From an uncultured Spirochaetaceae bacterium (lineage in GTDB: Bacteria; Spirochaetota; Spirochaetia; DSM-16054; Sediminispirochaetaceae): DNA of 64,000 nt. Below the pieces are notes generated by a model, which saw only the letters and a list, made by a program, of their open reading frames with translations, was not told where the DNA came from and made no database searches. Both the position numbers and the translations under genes were made by a program. Numbering within the stretch: the stretch's first letter is position 1; each line of letters opens with the position of its first letter. This document shows, piece by piece, positions 47,042 through 54,757 of this stretch. The stretch lies in NCBI GenBank assembly GCA_964346645.1, contig CAYFVU010000003.1, forward strand, positions 7,157 to 71,156, written 5' to 3'.

Positions 47042-48278
47042 TCATCTGCTCCTTTCTCTTTTCACGTCCCTCTTCATGCTGCGGGCGCTTCAACCGGCTT
47101 ATCCCTATACTCCGCCCCTTCCAACTTACCGACGCGCTCACCCGGGTCATGTACCCGGAGGCCGCTGCGAGCATAAGGAAGAAGCTCAGGTAGAGGGGGT
47201 AGAGGAGCGAAGGCCCCGGACCGAAACGCCCCACCGGCCGTAACAGCATTGCCGTCTGCAGCGCATACAAGATCCACAATCCTCCACCTATAAGTGACGC
47301 TTCGACCGCAGCGATATGCACGGCTGCGAACCAGGAGAGAACCGTTCCTATCATACCCGAAATCCAGAGCGAAATGAAGAACCTCGTACAGCCGTAGGAG
47401 CGCTCCGAACCGCTCGAGAGGTTCTTCCTCCACCCCTCTATGAGGCTCCCGAGACCGCCGGGATACATCCGGAACCGCACCGCGCCCCTTCCCGCAAAGA
47501 CCGCAGGCTGCGCCCCTGCCCGGATAAAGAGATCCGCCAGCTCCACGTCCTCGACCACCGAGGAGGCGACCGCCCTGTGCCCCCCGCTCCTCTCGTACAG
47601 CTCCCGTTCGACGAGTATGCACGGTCCGAAGAGTCCCTTCGGCTCCCTGTGCTTCGTACATGCGCCGAAGGGGCCGATACCCGCGAGAACCACCAGATTG
47701 GGAATGGCCGAGAGGCTTTCGTACCATCGATGAGCGACATGGTAGGGCTGCACGGAGACCACCGAGCGCCCCTCCGCCGCCATCAGGAGCCTCGCGAGGG
47801 CATCTTCGGAGAACGTCACGTCCGCATCTACGAAGAGAATTATCCTCCCGCCGCAGGCCTCGGCACCCTTGAAACAGGCCCAACTCTTCCCCGTCCAGCC
47901 CTCAGGCAAAGGGGGAAGAGAGAGCAGCTCGACACCGTAGGAACGGGCAACGGCGGCGGTCCCGTCGCTCGAGTGGTCGTCTACCACCACTATCCGGTCT
48001 GCCCGCAACTGCTGCCGACGGAGACTGTCGAGCAGCAGGGGTAGGTTCTCCTCTTCGTTGCGGGCGGGGACGACCACCGAAAGGCCGCTGCTCTCCGGAG
48101 TGATTTTGTCCCTCTCAGAAGGGAGCCTATCGCTTTCTCGAGAGAGCCCGCCGTCCGCCGCGGGAAGAAAGACGAGTCGGTTAGTCAGAAGCCAGCCGAA
48201 GACCCAAAAGGCCAGGGCCGTAACGGAGAAGGTCCAAAAGAGAATGTGGATCACGCTCTCGTCCATTACCTTCAGCAT
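47034..48278 (-). CDS. family 2 glycosyltransferase (carotenoid glycosyltransferase-like, CrtQ/CruC type)
   Basis: SVVVPARNEEENLPLLLDSL…VVVDDHSSDGT…FVDADV GT2 motifs with TM segments at both ends. Start chosen at ATG 48278 (MLKVMDES…). The ORF-track N-terminal extension to 48569 overlaps the divergent gene. Confidence 0.7.
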   Translation of the reverse strand: MLKVMDESVIHILFWTFSVTALAFWVFGWLLTNRLVFLPAADGGLSRESDRLPSERDKITPESSGLSVVVPARNEEENLPLLLDSLRRQQLRADRIVVVDDHSSDGTAAVARSYGVELLSLPPLPEGWTGKSWACFKGAEACGGRIILFVDADVTFSEDALARLLMAAEGRSVVSVQPYHVAHRWYESLSAIPNLVVLAGIGPFGACTKHREPKGLFGPCILVERELYERSGGHRAVASSVVEDVELADLFIRAGAQPAVFAGRGAVRFRMYPGGLGSLIEGWRKNLSSGSERSYGCTRFFISLWISGMIGTVLSWFAAVHIAAVEASLIGGGLWILYALQTAMLLRPVGRFGPGPSLLYPLYLSFFLMLAAASGYMTRVSASVSWKGRSIGISRLKRPQHEEGREKRKEQMNG

Positions 48279-48371
48279 ATAGTGCAAGCCACGCCGACGC
48301 AACGTCCATCTGCGAGCGGACCTGCACCGACCCTTGCTATTATTCGGCAAATCGCGCACACTCGTGCAGAG

Positions 48372-49145
48372 GTGGCTCTTCTCGTGTCGATTATTCAGGC
48401 AAGACATCACTGGTGGGCACAGGCGTTTTTCTACTCCTACATCGCCTTCATCATGCGGAAGGACTTCTCGGCCTTCCGCATCTGCGGTGAGCCGCCCGCG
48501 ATTTCCTCCGACCGAGCTCTGTTGGCCGCACCGAATCACATCGGATGGTGGGACGGCTTCTTCATCCACACCCTCAACCGCGCGCTGTGGCGGCGACGAT
48601 TTTATCTGATGATGCTCGAGAAGCAGCTGAGGCGCTACCGCTACTTCCGCAGTCTCGGGGTCTATTCGATCGATCCGTCATCACCACGGGCGATGCGGGA
48701 GTCGCTGAACTACAGTCTCGGCCTTCTCTCGGATCCGGAGAACATGGTGGTCATATATCCGGAGAGTGAGCTGAGGAGCCAATTCGGACCGCCGTCGGGT
48801 CTGAAGAGGGGAGTGGAGTGGCTCGCGCACCGGGCTGCAGTGTCGGCCGATGATGTCAAGGCTTCTCACGCAGCATTCCGCGGAGACTCTTGGACATCGG
48901 CCGCAGCCCAGTCTACCGCGCAGCCTTTTACCGTCCTGCCCGTTACCTTCCTCGTCCAGCCATGGGACTCGCGTAAGCCGGAGATCATTGCCCGCTGCGG
49001 AGAGCCGATCTCCTCGGAGGAGCTCGCGGCATCCCCCTCCCGCCTCGAAGTCTCGATGCAGGAGAACTGGAACAGGGCCATCGAGTGTACTCGCATGCGC
49101 AGATTCTCCTCCACACTCTTCGGAAAGGAGGCTTCCGCCTCTTAG
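48372..49145 (+). CDS. PlsC-type acyltransferase (carotenoid/lysolipid acyltransferase-like); start uncertain
   Basis: NHIGWWDGF (HxxxxD acyltransferase motif) and VIYPESE. Candidate starts are GTG 48372 or ATG 48453; the ORF is open from 48246. Confidence 0.6.
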   Translation: MALLVSIIQARHHWWAQAFFYSYIAFIMRKDFSAFRICGEPPAISSDRALLAAPNHIGWWDGFFIHTLNRALWRRRFYLMMLEKQLRRYRYFRSLGVYSIDPSSPRAMRESLNYSLGLLSDPENMVVIYPESELRSQFGPPSGLKRGVEWLAHRAAVSADDVKASHAAFRGDSWTSAAAQSTAQPFTVLPVTFLVQPWDSRKPEIIARCGEPISSEELAASPSRLEVSMQENWNRAIECTRMRRFSSTLFGKEASAS

Positions 49146-49155
49146 GGCACCGCCT

Positions 49156-50751
49156 ATGCAACATGAGGACTCTCCCCGGCTGGTCGTTCACAAGCTCGGC
49201 TTTACCTTCCCCTCCTACCCCGGGCTGCCTGCGCAGAGACTCTTCCACGGTCTCGAGCTGAGCATCTCCCCCGGAGAGATGAGAGTCGTACTCGGCCAGC
49301 CGGAATCCGGCAAGACGAGCCTCTCGCGTATACTGACGGGTCTCATTCCGCGCTACAGCGGGGGGGAGTTGGAGGGAGAGATCCGTCTCGACGACACACC
49401 TCTGGAATCGGTTACTCCACCGCAGATAATGGACAGGGTGGGGACTATCTTTCAGGATCCGGACGAGCAGATATTCACCACATCCTGCGAGTCCGAGGCC
49501 GCATTCGCCCTCGAATCTCTCGGCTTCGATCCAGAAGAGATACGCGCACGAGTGGACGAAGCCCTCGCACTCACGGGGCTCTCCTCCTACTCCCGTCGCC
49601 CTCCCTCTTCTCTCTCCGGCGGGGAGAAGAAGAAGCTTCTCTTCGCCGCGCTGTTCGCCCTCGAGCCGCGCCTTTGGATCCTCGACGAACCGCTCGACGA
49701 GGTCGATCGCTACTCCAGCCGCCGCATCCTCTCGGCAGTGGAAGAGGGCGGCTATGGAGTGCTGCTCTTTGCATCGAAACTCCTCGACGTCTTCGACGAA
49801 CACGATATGCGCTATTCGCTGCTCACCGAGGGGCGGATCCTCTCCGAAGAGGAGGTCGGCCGGAAAGGGCTTATCGAAAAGGCGCGTTCGCTCGGCCTCG
49901 CCCATCCCGCCTCGTTTGTTGCCCGCGAGCTTTATCCTTCTCATGATTTTCATCCCGAGACCGAAGGACCTTCCGAGACCGCAGGGCCCACCGAGACCGC
50001 AGACCCCGGAGGTCTTCGGACCTCCGAGGTCGAGATGCCTGCGGCCGAACAGCCCGCCCCTCTGCTCTCCGTGCGTGAGGTCGAGTTCACCTACGGCGAC
50101 AGCAAGAAGGGGGAGGCGGAAGGCAATTCGGATTCGGGCGCAGGCGCAGGCGCAGGCGCAGCCACGAGTGGCGAGCCCGAGGAGTTTTACCTTCGCGTCG
50201 ATGCGCTCGACCTCTATCCCGGCGAAACGGCGGCCCTGGTGGGCCCGAACGGCTGCGGAAAGACCACCCTTGCGAAGCTCCTCTGCGGTCTCCTCACGCC
50301 GAAACGGGGGCACATACGGGGGGCCGCAGATCTACGGCTGGAGACTCAAGTCGCCTACATCTTCCAGAATCCGGACTATCAGATCTTTCTGCCGACGGTG
50401 GAGGAGGAGCTCGCCTACGGACTGAGGGAGCAGGGGCTCGCACCTCGGGACATACACAGGAGGGTGCGGGAAGCCGCCGAGATGTTCCGCCTGCCGCCCC
50501 TCAACGTGCCGCCGACCGTCATGAGCTACGGCGCGCGCAAGCGGCTGCAGGCGGCGGTCTACTACCTCCTCGACAGAAGGGTCTACATCATAGACGAGGC
50601 GGATTCCGGCATTTCTCTCTCCGACTTCTCGGAGATGATAGCCGCACTCCGCCGGGAGGACAGGGCCATCCTCATCATTACCCACAACGACAGGATCGGG
50701 AACCGCTACGCCGACCGGAGCATAACCATGGAGGAGGGGAGGATCGCATGA
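49156..50751 (+). CDS. ECF-transporter energy-coupling ATPase with duplicated ABC domains
   Basis: Two Walker A motifs (GQPESGKTS; GPNGCGKTT), two LSGGE-like signatures (LSGGEKKK; SYGARKR, degenerate), two Walker B motifs (LWILDEP; VYIIDEA). The ATG at 49156 is the first one downstream of the acyltransferase stop. Confidence 0.85.
   Translation: MQHEDSPRLVVHKLGFTFPSYPGLPAQRLFHGLELSISPGEMRVVLGQPESGKTSLSRILTGLIPRYSGGELEGEIRLDDTPLESVTPPQIMDRVGTIFQDPDEQIFTTSCESEAAFALESLGFDPEEIRARVDEALALTGLSSYSRRPPSSLSGGEKKKLLFAALFALEPRLWILDEPLDEVDRYSSRRILSAVEEGGYGVLLFASKLLDVFDEHDMRYSLLTEGRILSEEEVGRKGLIEKARSLGLAHPASFVARELYPSHDFHPETEGPSETAGPTETADPGGLRTSEVEMPAAEQPAPLLSVREVEFTYGDSKKGEAEGNSDSGAGAGAGAATSGEPEEFYLRVDALDLYPGETAALVGPNGCGKTTLAKLLCGLLTPKRGHIRGAADLRLETQVAYIFQNPDYQIFLPTVEEELAYGLREQGLAPRDIHRRVREAAEMFRLPPLNVPPTVMSYGARKRLQAAVYYLLDRRVYIIDEADSGISLSDFSEMIAALRREDRAILIITHNDRIGNRYADRSITMEEGRIA
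49957..50010 (+). repeat. three tandem 18-bp units (GAGACCGNAGGNCCNNCC-like) in the inter-domain linker
   Basis: gagaccgaaggaccttcc / gagaccgcagggcccacc / gagaccgcagaccccgga, encoding ETEGPS-ETAGPT-ETADPG. Confidence 0.9.
50137..50160 (+). repeat. (GGCGCA)x4 microsatellite in the same linker
   Basis: Encodes GAGAGAGA. Confidence 0.9.
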
Positions 50752-51542
50752 TACAGAGCGGCTACCTGCCGAAAGACAGCTTCATGCACCGCCTCGATCC
50801 GCGGGCAAAACTCTTCCTCCTCGTGCTCGTCGCCGTCGCCTTCTTCTTTCCCGTTCCCGTACCGATCTACGCCCTCTATCTCCTGCTCCCCGTCGCCGCA
50901 GTCCTTCTTACACTCGGACTACGGGAGCTCTGGATTCCGGTACGAACGATACTCCCCCTGCTGATCCTCGTTGCCGTTCTGACGCCTCCGTTCCACCGCT
51001 CAGGAGACCTTCTCTTCTCGATAGGAGGAGTCGAGCTGGTGACCAGCGGCGGGCTCGAGGAGACATCTCGTCTCCTGCTGCGCTTTACCGGTATCACAGT
51101 CAGCTTCTTCCTCTTCTTCCGCAGTACCGACATCGAGACCCTCATCCTCACCCTGCGCTGGTACCGTCTCCCCTACTCCTTTGCACTGGTGCTCACTATC
51201 GCCTTTCGCTACATCCCCTACATAGCCTCCCTCTACCGCGCCATCTCCGATGCCCACCGGCTGCGCAGCCCCGTGCACGGCGGAAGGGGAGGAAAAAATG
51301 AGACCTCTTTGTGGAAGGGCGTGAAGAGACGCTTCAGCCGCATCTTCCCCACCCTCGTATCCGTGATGATCCACTCGGTAAAGACCATTCCCTCCCTCTC
51401 GATGACTCTCGAGACCCGAGGGTTCGGAAGAAGCGAGCGGCGCACCGCCCTCCACTCCCTTCCCCCTCTCTCGAGGAGACCGAGAAGCCTGGGCACCGCA
51501 GTCGTTCTGACTCTGCTCCTGCTCCTCCCCCTCTGGCCTTAA
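50748..51542 (+). CDS. ECF transporter transmembrane (T) component, EcfT/CbiQ family
   Basis: Polytopic ORF whose N-terminus (…HRLDPRAKLFLLV…) and ARG-containing coupling helices are typical of CbiQ/EcfT. Its start overlaps the ATPase stop (ATGA). Confidence 0.8.
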   Translation: MIQSGYLPKDSFMHRLDPRAKLFLLVLVAVAFFFPVPVPIYALYLLLPVAAVLLTLGLRELWIPVRTILPLLILVAVLTPPFHRSGDLLFSIGGVELVTSGGLEETSRLLLRFTGITVSFFLFFRSTDIETLILTLRWYRLPYSFALVLTIAFRYIPYIASLYRAISDAHRLRSPVHGGRGGKNETSLWKGVKRRFSRIFPTLVSVMIHSVKTIPSLSMTLETRGFGRSERRTALHSLPPLSRRPRSLGTAVVLTLLLLLPLWP

Positions 51543-51636
51543 ACAGATCTTATTCGGGCTCATGGAAGCACGAGTATGCGAATAGGAAACGGGAACGCCG
51601 TTTGACAGCCGCATTCGAAACGGTGTATGTGTAGAG

Positions 51637-52218
51637 GTGGAGGCACATATGAACTACGAGCAACAGACCGGAGAGAAATCGACACCGGCGGCACTGCGTA
51701 TCGCCACCCTCGCGATACTGATCGCAGTTACCGCCGTGTTTACCTACATGATTCGTATTCCCGTAGCACCTACGCGCGGCTACATCAACTTCGGAGATGT
51801 GGCCATATTCTTTACCGCCCTCACCTTCGGCCCGGCAACCGCCCTCGTGACCGGAGGACTCGGCACCGCCCTCGCCGACATCATCTCGGGCTACGCCCAG
51901 TGGGCGCCGTTCACCTTCTTTGCCCACGGCCTGCAGGGACTCGTCATAGCCCTCGTTGCAGGAAGAAGTTACAGGAGGAGGGCTGAGGCAGAGACATCGA
52001 AGCTGTACCTAATCCCGCTGCTCCTGAGTTTCCTCGCCGGTACCGCCGTGATGGGCGGGATATATTTCGTCACCGGCGGTTTTATGGTAGGATTTCCCGC
52101 AGCGGCGGCGGAAATTCCCGGAAACATCCTGCAGAACGCCGCCGGAGTGGCCGTCGGAGCCCCGCTTGCCGCGGCGGTCAGAAAGGCCTATCCTCCCATA
52201 GACAGATACCGCTGGTGA
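51637..52218 (+). CDS. ECF transporter S (substrate-capture) component, substrate unknown
   Basis: Six-TM small protein with …IRIPVAPTRGYINFGDVAIFF…LADIISGY… typical of ECF S components. An alternative ATG lies at 51649. Confidence 0.65.
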   Translation: MEAHMNYEQQTGEKSTPAALRIATLAILIAVTAVFTYMIRIPVAPTRGYINFGDVAIFFTALTFGPATALVTGGLGTALADIISGYAQWAPFTFFAHGLQGLVIALVAGRSYRRRAEAETSKLYLIPLLLSFLAGTAVMGGIYFVTGGFMVGFPAAAAEIPGNILQNAAGVAVGAPLAAAVRKAYPPIDRYRW

Positions 52219-53504
52219 TGCGAGAAGAGGACAGAAACGGCATGAGCGATTCATCGAGCTCACAGGAGCTCTCCGGCCGCAGCCACGGATACGAGCAGCG
52301 CTACCCCTTTACGGCCATCGTCGGTCAAGAGGCCCTGAGGACGGCTCTCCTGCTGAACGCGGTGGATCCGAGCATCGGAGGGGTGCTGATACGCGGCGAG
52401 AAGGGAACCGGCAAATCCACAGCCGCCAGGGCTCTGGCTGGAGTGCTTCCCCGCATAGAGGCGGTCGAAGATTGCCCCTACCGCTGTCGTCCGGGTGATC
52501 TCAGCACCGAACACGAGGAGTGCCGCCGCCTCTTTCGGGACGGAGGCGACTACTCGACTTACCGCAGCGAGGCTCCGTTCGTCGAACTGCCCCTCAACGC
52601 ATCGGAGGATCGGGTAGCGGGGACGATACACTTCGAGCGCACCATGGCCACCGGCCGCAGGAGCTTCGAACCCGGACTCCTCGCCTCGGCAAACAGAGGG
52701 GTGCTCTACGTCGACGAGGTAAATCTCCTCGAAGACCACCTCGTCGACCTCCTGCTCGACGCCGCGGCGACAGGCCGCAACAGGGTCGAGCGCGAGGGCA
52801 TATCGGAGGTGCATCCCTCGCGCTTTATCCTCATCGGCACGATGAATCCGGAGGAGGGCGAGCTCCGCCCGCAGTTCCTCGACCGTTTCGGGCTCTGCGT
52901 CACCGTCTCGAGCATCACCGATCCCGCCCTCAGACGAGAGATAAGCGCAAAGAGAATCGACTACGAGCGCGATCCGCTTTCATTCCTCGCGACCTACCGG
53001 GATCAGGAGAAGAAGCTCTCGGAGCACATAAGAGGCGCCCGCGAGGCCTTGGGCGAACTCAGCAGCGAAAACGGAAACATAGAGGAGTCGGCATGGCACA
53101 GCGCCGCCGCCCTCGCTGCACGGAGCCGTGTACAGGGCCACAGGGCCGACATCATCTTGGTGAAGGCGGCCCGCGCGTTGACGGCTCTCCTCGAACGGGA
53201 GCGCGTGAGCGATGAAGAGGTCCACTCGGTGGCCCCCTTCGTACTCGCCCACCGGGCCGAGGGCAATCCGGAGGATACCCCGGAGACAATGACCGAACGT
53301 ATCCATAAAATCATAGACGAGGTGCGCAGCGGCGAGAAAGAGGAGGAGTCGAGCGACTCCGAGACCGAGCCCGAGGCCTATGCGCCCACGGGAGAGGCGG
53401 CTGAGGAGGGTTCTCTTCACGACTCGAACATGCAGATCCCGGGAGCCGCCGCCGCAGGCAGCATTCTCTTCGATTTTCTCGATAAAAAAAAAGTGCTGAA
53501 GTAG
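52215..53504 (+). CDS. ChlI/BchI-type AAA+ ATPase (chelatase I-subunit-like) with acidic C-terminal tail
   Basis: YPFTAIVGQEALRTALLLNAVDPSIGGVLIRGEKGTGKSTAARALA (Walker A), VLYVDEVNLLEDHLVD (Walker B), ILIGTMNPEEGELRPQFLDRF. Tail is EKEEESSDSETEPE…. Stops 4 codons after an A9 run. Confidence 0.8.
   Translation: MMREEDRNGMSDSSSSQELSGRSHGYEQRYPFTAIVGQEALRTALLLNAVDPSIGGVLIRGEKGTGKSTAARALAGVLPRIEAVEDCPYRCRPGDLSTEHEECRRLFRDGGDYSTYRSEAPFVELPLNASEDRVAGTIHFERTMATGRRSFEPGLLASANRGVLYVDEVNLLEDHLVDLLLDAAATGRNRVEREGISEVHPSRFILIGTMNPEEGELRPQFLDRFGLCVTVSSITDPALRREISAKRIDYERDPLSFLATYRDQEKKLSEHIRGAREALGELSSENGNIEESAWHSAAALAARSRVQGHRADIILVKAARALTALLERERVSDEEVHSVAPFVLAHRAEGNPEDTPETMTERIHKIIDEVRSGEKEEESSDSETEPEAYAPTGEAAEEGSLHDSNMQIPGAAAAGSILFDFLDKKKVLK
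53484..53492 (+). repeat. A9 homopolymer at the ChlI-like / vWA ORF junction (candidate slippage site)
   Basis: GAT AAA AAA AAA GTG CTG AAG TAG. The vWA reading frame (-1) is open from 53486, inside the run. Confidence 0.9.
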
Positions 53505-53533
53505 AGGACGAGGAGGAAGAGCCGCTCTACGGG

Positions 53534-54409
53534 GTGGAAATCGACCTCGCTTCCCTCGTGCAGCGGACGATCAGCATTCACGGCCGAGGCAAGCCCGCCG
53601 CCGCCGGGTCCGCACACGGAAGACCGATCCGCACCCGCCCCCTGAGCCGGGACGAAAGGCCGACGGATATTGCCCCTGCAGCCACGATGCGAGCCGCCGC
53701 GCTGCGGCTCAGCACGGAACATGGGGGGAGCTCGGAGGTCGCAGAGGCCGGCCGACGACAGAGGCGGAAGGCGGGAGGAAAACCGCGACCCCGGCCCTTT
53801 GAGCGGCAGGATCTGCGCATGCGGGTCAGACGCCCCGAGATCTCCGCCCTCATTCTCTTCGTGCTGGATGTCTCGGACTCCATGGGCGCACAGAGACGCA
53901 TCCGGGATGCCAAGGGAAGTGTCATCGGTCTGTTGAAGATCGCGCACCGGATGCGCTATATGGTGGGGCTGATCACCGTCCAAGGCAGGAGCGCCGCACT
54001 GACGGTCCCGCCGACCTCGAGTGTGCTCGTGGCGCGCAGAAACATGCGCGGGCTCCGGCCGGCAGGCGGTACGCCCCTTTCTTCGGGCCTGAGGCTGGCC
54101 GTGCGCAGCATCCGCAACGAGGAGCTTAAGAGACCGGGCATTCAGCCACTCCTCCTCATCGTCTCCGACGGCGAGGCCACGGTTCCGATCGGCAGGCACG
54201 GCGATCCCCACCTCGAGCTGATCGACATCGCCCGACGTATCCGACGGCGCGAGGAGATCGACACGATATGCGTGGACACCAAGGAGCGCTCGCCCTACGC
54301 ATCGGGAAAAAGCGAGATGCAGAGCCTCTCCGAGGCGCTCGGCGCCGCCTACTATCACCGCAGCTACTTGAAGTCCTCCCGAACCGGAGAAAAGACATCC
54401 ATGACCTGA
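53534..54409 (+). CDS. vWA (MIDAS) domain protein, chelatase D-subunit C-terminal-like; independent start doubtful
   Basis: LFVLDVSDSMG MIDAS motif, …GGTPLSSGL…, LLLIVSDGEAT. The ORF-track start is GTG 53534, with GGAGGA ending 16 nt upstream (poor spacing). The frame is open from 53486. Confidence 0.65.
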   Translation: MEIDLASLVQRTISIHGRGKPAAAGSAHGRPIRTRPLSRDERPTDIAPAATMRAAALRLSTEHGGSSEVAEAGRRQRRKAGGKPRPRPFERQDLRMRVRRPEISALILFVLDVSDSMGAQRRIRDAKGSVIGLLKIAHRMRYMVGLITVQGRSAALTVPPTSSVLVARRNMRGLRPAGGTPLSSGLRLAVRSIRNEELKRPGIQPLLLIVSDGEATVPIGRHGDPHLELIDIARRIRRREEIDTICVDTKERSPYASGKSEMQSLSEALGAAYYHRSYLKSSRTGEKTSMT

Positions 54410-54684
54410 GTCCTGGTTTCCGACCGGGCCGAGTGTACCGCATCGGGTGGGATAACGAGCATGTCCCCGGGTACGAGAGTCCTCGCCTCACCGTTTACGG
54501 TAAGGGTAATGCGCCCCTCGCGCACCATGCTGATCTGCTCGTGAGGATGCGAGTGCTCCGGCAGATCGGTTTCCGGCTCGAATTCCCAGAGAGTGACCGT
54601 CATGCGTTCGCTGTGCAGGAACTTTACCCTGGCTCCGGGTAATTTCTCTTGCCAATCGAGCTCGTCTTCTTTGAACAGCTCCAT
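54364..54684 (-). CDS. small cupin-domain protein
   Basis: …LPEHSHPHEQISMVREGRITLTVNG…GDMLVIPPDAVH cupin motifs. ATG 54684 is preceded by AAAGGAGA. Its 3' end overlaps the vWA ORF by 46 nt (convergent). Confidence 0.6.
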   Translation of the reverse strand: MELFKEDELDWQEKLPGARVKFLHSERMTVTLWEFEPETDLPEHSHPHEQISMVREGRITLTVNGEARTLVPGDMLVIPPDAVHSARSETRTQVMDVFSPVREDFK

Positions 54685-54757
54685 ACCATCTCCTTTCAAG
54701 CATCTGTCTGTGCACAATCGACATCTTAGACTCGAGAATATATACTACAGTACCATA

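Noticed and set aside
47034-48569. 511-aa version of the glycosyltransferase ORF, and the 48246 start of the divergent acyltransferase
   Set aside because: The two long versions overlap each other head-to-head by more than 300 nt. The extensions are Arg/Ser/Cys-rich with no homology-like features. Internal starts (48278 and 48372 or 48453) give proteins beginning where the families normally begin.
49957-50160. Short tandem repeats considered as a CRISPR-like or minisatellite element
   Set aside because: The units are contiguous with no spacers, in frame, and lie inside an ABC ATPase linker. They are coding low-complexity repeats.
52215-54409. ChlI/vWA pair as (bacterio)chlorophyll Mg-chelatase
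   Set aside because: There is no BchH/ChlH and no photosynthesis or bacteriochlorophyll genes, and the context is an ECF transporter. Only the AAA+/vWA chelatase-type architecture is claimed.
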